DNA of 64,000 bases from a bacterium (GCA_963674595.2 CAXXFV010000015.1:128001-192000), one strand, 5' to 3'; positions 39,673 to 48,607 are shown, counted from the first letter of the stretch. A program made the numbers and translations. The notes: generated by a model not told the origin, from the sequence alone.

Positions 39673-41004
39673 ATGCGTGTTTTATTATTGAGCTTACTGG
39701 TTGTCTTTTTTGCATGCATGAAAGTTGATAATGGCTTTTATGATACGCAAAAGGAAATTAACATATTTCAATCAGATAACCATGTTGCGTTTCCGAGTAT
39801 TGAAAAGTTGAATGAACGTGAATTTGTGTGTGTTTTCCGTACCGGTAGTGGTCATGCTTCTCCTGATGGGAAAATTTTATTGGCCCGTTCTTTAAACAAG
39901 GGTCAATCCTGGGCGGCTCCGGACACTATTATTACAACAAAGCTGGATTGCCGTGATCCTTCTATTGCCATGCTTGAAGACGGTTCGTTGATTCTTAATT
40001 TTTTTCAGACAAAGTACGATAATAAAGGAAAATTATTACACGTTGTTGGTGTTTTTGTGTCAAAGTCTTTTGACGATGGGCAAACTTGGACTAGTCCAAG
40101 AATGGTTTTGACCGAAGACTATGAATGGATGGCCTGTTCATCAAAGATTTTAGAGGATGATGACGGACGGTTATTGTTGCCGCTGTATGGCAAAAAAATC
40201 GGAGAGAGCGAACAGGCAGTGTTATATTTTTCGGAAAACAGCGGAAAGACCTGGAATTTTCTATCAACCATTGCTTATGATTCAACCCATCAGTTAAGCT
40301 ATCAGGAACCGGTTTTGCTTAAAATGTCTGATGACCGTCTTTTGTGTGTTTTGCGGACAACGGACGAAAACCATTTTCAGTATCAATGTATTTCCGGGGA
40401 TGGAGGAAAAACGTGGAGTTTACCGCAGAATACACACCTTCAGGGGCAGGCTGCCGGGCTTTTAATGACCTCCGGCAACTTGTTGTATTGCGCCTACCGG
40501 GATTTTTCTCCCAACGGTACAAGTATGGCTGTTAGTTATAATAACGGACTTTTCTATGAAAATGAGGTTATCATAAAAACCGGTACCAAAGATCGAGGTT
40601 ACCCGGAGCTCATAAAAGTGGATGAGAATTATATTTACTGCTGTTACTATAATACTACGGGAAAATACGGTATTTATGGACGGTTTTTCAGGATATGCAG
40701 CCCGGAGGCACCTGATGGTTTTAGTGCTTCCATACAAAAGGATTCGACCATATTAATGCGTTGGAACAGGGTCGAGAACGCCCATTATTATAATGTATAT
40801 CGAACGGAACGTGTTGGTAATAGTGAAGGCCCAGAAAAAGATTGGAATTTAATAGCATCGGTTGCCGAGAATTTTTATTTGGATAACAGGGTAGAGAAAG
40901 GAAAAGAATACAAATATGCTGTTAAAAGTGTGGCAAGCAGTGCCGAACTTTTACAGGATAGCGGTGCAGTGAGCGAGTTTTCTAAAAGAGTGACTGTAAA
41001 TTAA
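39673..41004 (+). CDS. Sialidase-like Asp-box (BNR) beta-propeller lipoprotein with C-terminal FN3-like domain
   Basis: Lipobox FFAC; SLNKGQSW, SFDDGQTW, SENSGKTW, SGDGGKTW; WN.V....YYNVYR...Y.D..V.KG.EY.Y.V. Confidence 0.75.
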   Translation: MRVLLLSLLVVFFACMKVDNGFYDTQKEINIFQSDNHVAFPSIEKLNEREFVCVFRTGSGHASPDGKILLARSLNKGQSWAAPDTIITTKLDCRDPSIAMLEDGSLILNFFQTKYDNKGKLLHVVGVFVSKSFDDGQTWTSPRMVLTEDYEWMACSSKILEDDDGRLLLPLYGKKIGESEQAVLYFSENSGKTWNFLSTIAYDSTHQLSYQEPVLLKMSDDRLLCVLRTTDENHFQYQCISGDGGKTWSLPQNTHLQGQAAGLLMTSGNLLYCAYRDFSPNGTSMAVSYNNGLFYENEVIIKTGTKDRGYPELIKVDENYIYCCYYNTTGKYGIYGRFFRICSPEAPDGFSASIQKDSTILMRWNRVENAHYYNVYRTERVGNSEGPEKDWNLIASVAENFYLDNRVEKGKEYKYAVKSVASSAELLQDSGAVSEFSKRVTVN

Positions 41005-41037
41005 CGAGTCATTTTTATAAAAAGAAAGGGCTTGAGT

Positions 41038-41436
41038 ATGAATGCCATAGCACCTCAAATTATTGATCTTGAAGAAGCACAGGTGACTGCTTTTAACAAT
41101 GATCATATCGAAGAGATTATAACTTTTTTCCATCCGGAATTTGTTGGATTTTCATCAACCAAACATGAGCGTATTGCCGGGTTGCAGGCTTTGTATGAAA
41201 CTTTTGAGTTTTATAGCAATGAAGCTGATAAAATAGAGTATGAAATCGATCAACCCACTGTTCAGGTTGCGGGCGATTCAGCGGTTATTACTTTTTATTG
41301 GGCCGTTACAATTCATAAGAATCAAAAAACACAGACAGTTAAAGGCCGTGGAAGCCATGTGTATATACAAACAGATGGTGACTGGAAAATTATTCACGAA
41401 CACTTTTCACGCGCCCATCATCACATTGACAATTAA
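41038..41436 (+). CDS. NTF2/SnoaL-like (DUF4440) protein
   Basis: AFN..D.E...FF...F.GF, GDSAVITF, WKIIHEHFS. Confidence 0.75.
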   Translation: MNAIAPQIIDLEEAQVTAFNNDHIEEIITFFHPEFVGFSSTKHERIAGLQALYETFEFYSNEADKIEYEIDQPTVQVAGDSAVITFYWAVTIHKNQKTQTVKGRGSHVYIQTDGDWKIIHEHFSRAHHHIDN

Positions 41437-41440
41437 ACGA

Positions 41441-42202
41441 TTAAACCTGTAAAATTTTTTCCGTATATGTGTTGAGGGTTTCTGAAATCGGCTTTTCAAG
41501 TTTCTCATCCAGAGCTGCGATAATTGTTTTTGCCGTTTTATATGGTGTGGTTTCACTGGAGTTGATAACCATATCATAATTCAGTGGATCATTGGGATCT
41601 TTACGGAAAAAGCGTTTAATATAATCCATTCGTTCCTTATCAACACGCATTACCAATTTTTTTGCCTCTTTAAGCGAGAGCTTTTTTGTCAATGCAATTT
41701 TGTCTATGCGACATTCCAATGGCGCTGTAATAAATACACGCATACTGAAATCGTTATGCAAAACAAAATTAGCTCCCCGGCCAAAAATAATGGCCTGACC
41801 ATGTTCTGCAATAGCGACTAAAACAGCTATCAAGTGTTGAAAATATTTATCGTTTCCCAGGGCCTCTCTGTCTAAAATTGTCTGCATCCAGTTCGACATA
41901 TCGTTTTGCCGTTTTTCGTCCAGTGATTCAACGATTCTGCTGCGTACATTGGTTGTTTCGGCGATGTATTGGACCAGTTCACGATCATAAACCTGCCAAT
42001 TTAAAATATTTCCCAGCTCGTTTGCGGTATCAATACCACCTGCCCCAAATGTACGGGAAATTGTTATAAATGCCTGCTGCCAGGGATTGTCAGATTTGTG
42101 AGTTTGGTTTTCCAGGGCCAGCTTTTTTTTAACTTCCCACAAAGCTATTTGACTTGAAACCAATTTTTCCCATTTTAATTGGTCTCCTTTTTCCATTTTC
42201 AT
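41441..42202 (-). CDS. Cytidylate kinase-like family protein
   Basis: ITISRTFGAGG, YDREL, IFGRGANF, VFITAP..R, D..R..Y...F, YDMVINS. Confidence 0.85.
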   Translation of the reverse strand: MKMEKGDQLKWEKLVSSQIALWEVKKKLALENQTHKSDNPWQQAFITISRTFGAGGIDTANELGNILNWQVYDRELVQYIAETTNVRSRIVESLDEKRQNDMSNWMQTILDREALGNDKYFQHLIAVLVAIAEHGQAIIFGRGANFVLHNDFSMRVFITAPLECRIDKIALTKKLSLKEAKKLVMRVDKERMDYIKRFFRKDPNDPLNYDMVINSSETTPYKTAKTIIAALDEKLEKPISETLNTYTEKILQV

Positions 42203-42292
42203 TTTACTCTCCTTTCAATTGGATAAAAATCAAAGAGAGGTCAGAATAACGGTCCAAGTTATGAATAGCGGAGTAGAATAAGCCTCTATTTC

Positions 42293-42321
42293 AGTATATG
42301 AAAAGTATTTTGAAATGTCAA
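42293..42321 (-). promoter_or_regulatory. Near-consensus sigma70 promoter of the cytidylate kinase-like gene
   Basis: Minus strand TTGACA, 17 nt spacer, TATACT. Confidence 0.75.
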
Positions 42322-42378
42322 TAGCGCCGCAATATTTGTAAAGGGGTGTGTTGAATATTCTACTCTTTTGCCTGAAAT

Positions 42379-43458
42379 TTAGTCACGTTCGAGTAAAAAG
42401 GATTTCGCTGCTTTTCTTTCGCCGTTTACGATAACTGCAAGAGAATGTTCTCCCGGATAATGTTTGCGTGTTGTCATATTTTGAAATGAGTGTTTACGGG
42501 CATATTTATAGTTTCCCGGATTGAATTCTTTTTCGATGATCTGGAATACTTTGCTTGATTTTTTACCTGTAGATGTTAAAAATGTGATTTCGTATTCCAG
42601 TCGAATTTTTTGGGATTCTTTTTTGAGTTCCATATTGAAAGAGAAATTCAGGTTCTGACCAATTTTAATATCAGAATTTAATTGTATATCGTTTATGTTA
42701 ATATTTTCAGGATCTGCAAAACCAAATAATTGTAACGCTTTTGGGTGCCCTGATTTTAAAAGTGTTCGACAGGCATGTTTAACAAGACTGTCTGTTTCTG
42801 AATTTTTTCCGTACCACGCTGTACATATTTCCAAAGCTATTTCCGGATGGTCTTTGGAAATATCATTCAAGTTATTGGCAACACTTCTTCTTACATCTTC
42901 GGAACTGTCGTTTTTTAATTTTTCTAAAATCGGAATAACAAGCTGAGGAGTCTGTTTTAGTACCGGAACCCCGGCAGCCCAGGGCAGCCTGGGGCGGCAT
43001 CCTTCACTGGCCAGCCTGCGCACTCGAGCATCCGGATCATCAGCCCATGTTTCCATGGTTTTTAATGTTTTAATATGGTCAATCCGTAAAAATTCACGTA
43101 TGGCGAATTCTCCGCTGGCATAAACAGTAAAATACTTTAGTGCTTCAAGAGAGGTTTCCCAATTGTCAAGCCCGTAGAGCTGCACATAATCGGGCATTGA
43201 CATGGCCTCAAAACCTTTAATATTCGGAGCGGCCTGTTTTAAAAGATTCAATGCGTTATGATAATCCCTGGGCAGGAATTCATAAAAACATTCCGTCAGG
43301 TGCCGCATTTTCTGTTTTAATTCAAGTGAAGGGGATTTTTCGAAAAAGAGATCGTAAAATTTTTGTGCCTCAAAGTCCGGATAGATTTTTAAAAAAGTTT
43401 CAGCAATAGATTTAATAGAACTGCTGCTGTAAAACATATCTTTAAGACGTTCCGCCAT
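42379..43458 (-). CDS. alkC: DNA alkylation repair protein (AlkC-type HEAT-repeat glycosylase with C-terminal Ig-like domain)
   Basis: EFAIR.F, VRRLASEGCRPRLPW, VRRSVANNLNDISKDHP, TTRKHYPG.H. Confidence 0.85.
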   Translation of the reverse strand: MAERLKDMFYSSSSIKSIAETFLKIYPDFEAQKFYDLFFEKSPSLELKQKMRHLTECFYEFLPRDYHNALNLLKQAAPNIKGFEAMSMPDYVQLYGLDNWETSLEALKYFTVYASGEFAIREFLRIDHIKTLKTMETWADDPDARVRRLASEGCRPRLPWAAGVPVLKQTPQLVIPILEKLKNDSSEDVRRSVANNLNDISKDHPEIALEICTAWYGKNSETDSLVKHACRTLLKSGHPKALQLFGFADPENININDIQLNSDIKIGQNLNFSFNMELKKESQKIRLEYEITFLTSTGKKSSKVFQIIEKEFNPGNYKYARKHSFQNMTTRKHYPGEHSLAVIVNGERKAAKSFLLERD

Positions 43459-43591
43459 GACAGGTTCCCATTGAGTTTTTAGTTGTATGATTATGATAAA
43501 ATATAATCATTACTAATGTATTAAATCAAACAAAATAATTTTTTAGTATAGTTGAAATTTAAGATTTATTTAAATTAATATAAATAAAAAA

Positions 43592-43637
43592 TCGTCAATC
43601 AGAGTTTGAGAATAAAAGCGATTACTCTGATTGACGA
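43592..43637 (-). terminator. Terminator of the amtB-glnK operon
   Basis: Perfect 14-bp inverted repeat TCGTCAATCAGAGT/ACTCTGATTGACGA followed by a T-rich tail on the minus strand. Confidence 0.75.
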
Positions 43638-43664
43638 ATTAATATGGAAGGGATAAATTAAAAT

Positions 43665-44009
43665 TTATATAGCGATTCCGCCGCTTTCTTCTGTACGAAT
43701 TCGGATACATTTTTCTAATGGCGTTACAAAAATTTTTCCATCACCCACCTTGCCACCGTTATCAGATTTTGCCGCCTTGATAATTGTGTTGACAGTAATA
43801 TCCACAAATTCTTCATTAACAGCGATATCCAGTTTTATTTTGGGAATTAAATTAGGGATAATTTTTTTCCCTCGGTAAACTTCAATTGCTTCCTGGCGCC
43901 CATGTCCTGAAACTCTGCTAACAGTGATTCGAGTGATTTCTGCCTCAATCAAGGCTTCACGAACCTCATCGAGTTTTTCTTCCCGAATAATTGCTGTAAT
44001 TAATCTCAT
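43665..44009 (-). CDS. glnK: Nitrogen regulatory protein P-II (GlnK-type)
   Basis: GHGRQ, YRG, PKIKLDIAV, GDGKIFV, IRIRT; downstream of amtB. Confidence 0.93.
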   Translation of the reverse strand: MRLITAIIREEKLDEVREALIEAEITRITVSRVSGHGRQEAIEVYRGKKIIPNLIPKIKLDIAVNEEFVDITVNTIIKAAKSDNGGKVGDGKIFVTPLEKCIRIRTEESGGIAI

Positions 44010-44022
44010 AACAAATCTCCTG

Positions 44023-45354
44023 CTAGTTTGCGTTTAACATTCCATAACCATGTTCACCATGATAACTACTATCAAGACCGGCCATTTCTTGAGCTTCAGA
44101 GGATTTTAGTCCAATAAATTTTTCAACAAATAATATTATTAGCAATGTTAATAAAGATGCATAAACAATTGCTATCAATACGGCTAAAACCTGTACTCCA
44201 AGCTGCTGGAAAACGGTCCAGGTACCGCCGGCAGATGATGCTGCGTCCAGCATCCAACTTTTTCTGATGAAAAAACTGAGAAAAATAGCTCCTACGATTC
44301 CTCCAACACCATGGACTCCAAATGCATCAAGACTGTCATCATAACCTAATTTGTTTTTTAATAATAGTGCACAATAACACAGAATAGCTGCCAGTATTCC
44401 CAATACCATTGCTCCGGCGGGTTGCACAACTCCTGCTGCCGGTGTGACGGCAACCAGACCTGCCAGAATACCACTGGCAAAACCGAGTGCTGTCGCTTTC
44501 TTTTGATGAATGTTTTCTATTATCATCCACGTTAGCGCCCCGGCAGCCGCAGCCGTTTGGGTTGCTGTAAGTGCCTGGGCCGTACTAAGGCCGGATGAAA
44601 TAGAACTGCCGGCATTAAATCCGAACCAGCCAACCCATAAAAGTCCTGCTCCAATCATCGTCATTGTCAGATTGCTGGGCGGCATGGCCGTTTTGGGATA
44701 TCCTCTTCGGGCACCCAGGTAAAGAGCGGCGACAAGCCCGCTTACACCGGCAGATATATGTACAACCGTTCCTCCGGCAAAATCAATAGCGCCATTGGCT
44801 CCCATATTATAAAGGAAGCCATCTGCTGCCCATACCCAATGGCATAATGGATTATAAACTAAAATTCCCCAAAGTGCAATAAAAATTGTATACCCTTTAA
44901 ACGTGACTCGTTCTGCAAACGCTCCGGCAATGAGTGCAGGCGTAATGATGGCAAACTTGCCCTGAAACATTGTAAAGACATATTCCGGAATTCCGGCGCT
45001 TAGTATCGATTCGTCAATACCTTTTAAAAAAAAGTATTTCGGATCCCAGCCAAACCAACCTCCCAGCACATTCGGTCCGAATGACATGCTGTATCCCAAA
45101 ATAACCCATAATACGGTCATAATTCCCATTGCTGCAAAACTATGCATCATGGTGCCTAGTACATTTTTAGTTCGAACCAGACCTCCGTAAAACATTGCCA
45201 GACCGGGGATCATTAAAAGTACCAGGGCCGTAGATGTCAGCATCCATGCTGTCGCTCCGGTATCTATACCATTCCCGTCTGACGCCAACAAGTTATTATT
45301 GGATATTATTAATAAAACCGAGAACAAAACAAAAAGCATCCATTTTTTCTTCAC
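44023..45354 (-). CDS. amtB: Ammonium transporter AmtB
   Basis: PGLAMFYGG.VR.KN, DFAGGTVVH, GWFGFNAGS, DDSLDAFGVHG (twin His retained). Confidence 0.96.
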   Translation of the reverse strand: MKKKWMLFVLFSVLLIISNNNLLASDGNGIDTGATAWMLTSTALVLLMIPGLAMFYGGLVRTKNVLGTMMHSFAAMGIMTVLWVILGYSMSFGPNVLGGWFGWDPKYFFLKGIDESILSAGIPEYVFTMFQGKFAIITPALIAGAFAERVTFKGYTIFIALWGILVYNPLCHWVWAADGFLYNMGANGAIDFAGGTVVHISAGVSGLVAALYLGARRGYPKTAMPPSNLTMTMIGAGLLWVGWFGFNAGSSISSGLSTAQALTATQTAAAAGALTWMIIENIHQKKATALGFASGILAGLVAVTPAAGVVQPAGAMVLGILAAILCYCALLLKNKLGYDDSLDAFGVHGVGGIVGAIFLSFFIRKSWMLDAASSAGGTWTVFQQLGVQVLAVLIAIVYASLLTLLIILFVEKFIGLKSSEAQEMAGLDSSYHGEHGYGMLNAN

Positions 45355-45420
45355 GTTAATTTCCTTGTTTTATAATAGATTTGATTTTTTGGTTAATGAA
45401 AGGTATTGGGTATTTTCCGG

Positions 45421-45435
45421 TCAAATAATATGCCA
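45421..45435 (-). promoter_or_regulatory. Putative sigma54 (-24/-12) promoter of amtB-glnK
   Basis: Minus strand TGGCATATTATTTGA against consensus TGGCAC-N5-TTGC (-12 GA variant), about 67 bp before the start codon. Confidence 0.65.
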
Positions 45436-45543
45436 ATCTGAACCAATACATTTTTAAGGAGTGGATAGTTTGTTATTTTATTGTTTGTTCGAAGGTTAAG
45501 TGATTTTTTCGGTAAGTAATTTAGAAGGAGGGTGGGGGTATTT

Positions 45544-45589
45544 CTTTCAATTTTGTAGGAAGTTCAATAATAACCTACAAATATGTTGT
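45544..45589. promoter_or_regulatory. Paired upstream activator sites (pair 1)
   Basis: CTTTCAATTTTGTAGG and CCTACAAATATGTTGT, centres 30 bp apart. Confidence 0.65.
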
Positions 45590-45760
45590 TTTTGTTCGTT
45601 TTGAGCCTTTTTTATTTCATGTTTTAACCGAAATTTGGTCATTTACCTTGGCCCGGTTCGACCTGTTTATAATTTTTTTTGTAAAACAGCTCTGTTTTTG
45701 CCAAAAATAGGAATGATTTTAGATGAAAAAGTTGGTTAAAAGTAATTTGGTGCCAATAAT

Positions 45761-45806
45761 AATACGATTTTGTCGTTTTTTGAATTGAATTTTACAATAA
45801 TGTAGC
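45761..45806. promoter_or_regulatory. Paired upstream activator sites (pair 2)
   Basis: AATACGATTTTGTCGT and TTTACAATAATGTAGC, centres 30 bp apart. Confidence 0.55.
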
Positions 45807-45812
45807 TTATTT

Positions 45813-45850
45813 AATGATTTGGCTCTACTTGACAGGTAGAGCCAATCATT
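45813..45850. terminator. Strong hairpin downstream of the TorF-family gene
   Basis: AATGATT(T)GGCTCTAC-TTGACAG-GTAGAGCCAATCATT. Confidence 0.65.
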
Positions 45851-45886
45851 CTTTTCGAGTGGAGATGTGTGAAAAAAATCAGTAGC

Positions 45887-46549
45887 TTAAAAACCATAGC
45901 TTGCTGAGAGGAAAAAACCATTGTCCATGCCATCACTCAGGCCGGCTATCCAATTCCAACTGACGTCTACATTGTCAGAGACGGATTTTCCGGCTGATAG
46001 TAAAAGAGTTGCTACTTTATCGTCTTCCGGAGACGTAAACGCTGAATAGGAACCGTATCCAAGAGTGGCGCTCAGGTCTGCACCGTATTTCGTTGTTCCA
46101 AGGCCAAGTTCAAGCCAATATACACTTTCAATGTCACCATCCTGTTGTTCAGGTGTGTAATAAAAGCTCGCACTTGCCGGACCGAAAGCTGCTGAACCAA
46201 AGATTTCATATACTGTATATTCTTCTTTGGCGAAAAAATCATAAGTATAAATTGTACCACCAATTGAACTTTCTACAGAGCCGGTTGGTAATGAAATGCT
46301 AAAATATGGATCTGTTTCCACGGCAATACCGTCTGCCATACTGGAGACCCAAAAACCAACTGCAACTGATGATTTTGAAAATTCTGCTGTTCCCTGCATT
46401 GCTGATCCGTCAAACTGTTTTACGCCGCGCCAAAAGTATGTTGAAACAACTGTAGCGTCACCTGAAAAACCGATTTCGGCATAGGCGCTTGAAAATAGTG
46501 TAAGAGAAAGAAAAATTATTGCCAGACCTGTAGTAAACTTTTTCATCAA
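45887..46549 (-). CDS. TorF/Gcw_chp-family putative outer-membrane porin
   Basis: Signal peptide, VSTYFWRG..Q....AMQG, GFWVS, E.D.Y, terminal Phe; typical neighbour of glnK-amtB. Confidence 0.8.
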   Translation of the reverse strand: MMKKFTTGLAIIFLSLTLFSSAYAEIGFSGDATVVSTYFWRGVKQFDGSAMQGTAEFSKSSVAVGFWVSSMADGIAVETDPYFSISLPTGSVESSIGGTIYTYDFFAKEEYTVYEIFGSAAFGPASASFYYTPEQQDGDIESVYWLELGLGTTKYGADLSATLGYGSYSAFTSPEDDKVATLLLSAGKSVSDNVDVSWNWIAGLSDGMDNGFFLSASYGF

Positions 46550-46580
46550 ATATTTCTCCTGATAATCAATTTTATTAAGG

Positions 46581-46612
46581 ACGGCGTTAAATTTTATGAG
46601 CTTTAACGCCGT
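46581..46612. other. Intercistronic stem-loop between amt and the porin gene
   Basis: 11-bp perfect inverted repeat ACGGCGTTAAA/TTTAACGCCGT with no clear U-tract. Confidence 0.6.
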
Positions 46613-46637
46613 ATATTTTGTACTATTTATTAATTAA

Positions 46638-47978
46638 TTACTGTGTAACAAAGATTTGAAATCCACTATAAGCTTCCATACCATGTTCGCCGATGTCCAA
46701 GCCTTGCAGTTCTTCTTCTTCCGTAACACGCAGGCCAACAGTCTTTTTAATTATGTAGAACAAGATCAAACCAAGGCCGAATGCCCAAACAAAAGCTGTG
46801 ACTACGCCAAGTGCCTGAATGCCAAGGAGTTTAAATCCGCCGCCATAAAAGAGGCCGCCGTCTACGTTAAATAGGCCAACTGCTAAAGTACCAAAAGCAC
46901 CGTTAACACCATGAACGCTGACTGCACCAACCGGATCGTCAATTTTAAGTACGCGATCGATAAAAAGAACACTAAAAACAACGAGAACGCCGGCAATCAA
47001 GCCAATAATAAGTGAACCAAAAGGTGATACTGTTGCGCATGGAGCTGTGATTGCTACCAGTCCTGCCAAGGCACCGTTTAATGCCATTGAACCGTCCGGT
47101 TTTTTTAGGATAATCCAGGCTGCGAACATTGCGGAAATAGCACCTGCGGCAGCAGCCATGTTTGTTGTTACGGCAATTCTTCCAATGTTTCCATCGCCAA
47201 ATGTTGTTGATCCTGGGTTGAATCCAAACCAACCAAACCAAAGAATGAATACACCAAGTGCGGCAATTGCAATATTATGGCCCGGAATAGCTTTGGGTTT
47301 ACCGTCTGGTGAGTATTTACCAATACGTGGTCCAAGAATTAAGGCACCGGCCAATGCAAGCCATCCGCCTATAGAGTGAACAACTGTTGAGCCTGCAAAA
47401 TCCTGGAAACCAAGCCCTTCCAGCCAACCGCCTCCGTCGAGCAATCCACCCCATGCCCATGAACCAAAAACAGGATAAATAATAGCACAGATAAAGACAC
47501 TATAAGTAAGATATCCTACGAATTTTGTACGTTCTGCCATGGCACCGGATACGATTGTAGCGGCTGTACCGGCAAAAACAGTCTGGAAAATGAGAAATGT
47601 CCAGTTCCAGTCGGCGCCCATTACATCGGTTCCAATCAGTGCAAAATGTGTTGTGCCAAAGAGACCGTTAGACGCGCCGAACATAAGTCCAAAACCAATT
47701 AGAAAAAATGAAACGGTGCCTACTGAAAAGTCCATTAAATTTTTCATCATTATATTTACTGTGTTTTTTGCACGTGTAAAACCTGCTTCAACCATTGCAA
47801 AGCCCGCCTGCATAAAAAATACTAAAAAGGCGGCAACGCATGTCCAAACGATATTGATATTATCCTGCAATGTTTCCAGGGCTTTTGTTGTATCTGTAGC
47901 TTCTTGCGCTAATGACAAACCGTTAAAAAGCAATATTAAGAAAATAGCGCCAATAATTATTTTTTTAACCTTAAACAT
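46638..47978 (-). CDS. amt: Ammonium transporter (second Amt subtype)
   Basis: FMQAGFAMVEAGFTRAKN, DFAGSTVVH, WFGWFGFNPGS, DDPVGAVSVHG. Confidence 0.96.
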   Translation of the reverse strand: MFKVKKIIIGAIFLILLFNGLSLAQEATDTTKALETLQDNINIVWTCVAAFLVFFMQAGFAMVEAGFTRAKNTVNIMMKNLMDFSVGTVSFFLIGFGLMFGASNGLFGTTHFALIGTDVMGADWNWTFLIFQTVFAGTAATIVSGAMAERTKFVGYLTYSVFICAIIYPVFGSWAWGGLLDGGGWLEGLGFQDFAGSTVVHSIGGWLALAGALILGPRIGKYSPDGKPKAIPGHNIAIAALGVFILWFGWFGFNPGSTTFGDGNIGRIAVTTNMAAAAGAISAMFAAWIILKKPDGSMALNGALAGLVAITAPCATVSPFGSLIIGLIAGVLVVFSVLFIDRVLKIDDPVGAVSVHGVNGAFGTLAVGLFNVDGGLFYGGGFKLLGIQALGVVTAFVWAFGLGLILFYIIKKTVGLRVTEEEELQGLDIGEHGMEAYSGFQIFVTQ

Positions 47979-48015
47979 TCATAACTCCTGAAATTATATT
48001 AAATTAATTTTATTA

Positions 48016-48357
48016 TCAACCAATTGCATCACTGCCGGTCTCACCGGTTCGAATTCTAATACATTCCGTCAAGTCCTGGACAAAAATCTTTCCATCTCCG
48101 ATTTTTCCGCTTCTTGCACCCGCGATAATACCATCAATTGTTGGCTGGACATATTCTGCATTAACGGCGATTTCCAGGCGAATTTTTTTGAGTAAATTCA
48201 CTTCAATGTCGGCACCACGATATGTTTCATGGTATCCCATTTGCTGTCCACATCCCAGAGCATTTGTTATTGAGAGTTTATAAATTTCTCTTTCAAATAA
48301 TGCCTGTTTAACGGCGTTTAGTTTTTCTGGTTGGATATAAGCGATTACGAGTTTCAT
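48016..48357 (-). CDS. glnK: Nitrogen regulatory protein P-II
   Basis: [38 protein letters not shown]; start reassigned to ATG 48357 after an AGGAG SD because the longer ORF overlaps the sigma54 promoter. Confidence 0.93.
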   Translation of the reverse strand: MKLVIAYIQPEKLNAVKQALFEREIYKLSITNALGCGQQMGYHETYRGADIEVNLLKKIRLEIAVNAEYVQPTIDGIIAGARSGKIGDGKIFVQDLTECIRIRTGETGSDAIG

Positions 48358-48402
48358 GCAATTTTCTCCTTTTTTTGCTAAATTGAATTTTTTTTGTTTT
48401 AA

Positions 48403-48417
48403 GCAATTCACGGGCCA
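48403..48417 (-). promoter_or_regulatory. Sigma54 (-24/-12) promoter of glnK-amt-porin
   Basis: Minus strand TGGCCCGTGAATTGC, a near-perfect GG-N10-GC consensus. Confidence 0.85.
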
Positions 48418-48482
48418 CTTTTTATTTTTCAGTAAGTTGTTGTTTTTATTGATCCGATCTATGATCTACATACAATCCTATA

Positions 48483-48527
48483 GATTCATTTTTGTAGGTT
48501 TAAATTATCAGACGACAAAAATGTAGG
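48483..48527. promoter_or_regulatory. Paired upstream activator sites (pair 3)
   Basis: GATTCATTTTTGTAGG and ACGACAAAAATGTAGG, centres 29 bp apart and about 75 and 104 bp upstream of the -24 element. Confidence 0.7.
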
Positions 48528-48607
48528 ATTTTGTGTGATAGAGTTGTGTGTATGCCTGTTTGCTTGTTTTTGCTGTTGCAAAATGCATTATATGGCAATT
48601 TTAGGTC

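Noticed and set aside
45741-45755. Minus-strand TGGCAC as another sigma54 promoter
   Set aside because: The -12 position reads TACT with no GC, and it is too close to the operator pair.
48358-48411. N-terminal extension of P-II in the ORF track (131 aa)
   Set aside because: It overlaps the sigma54 promoter. The SD and P-II homology begin at ATG 48357.
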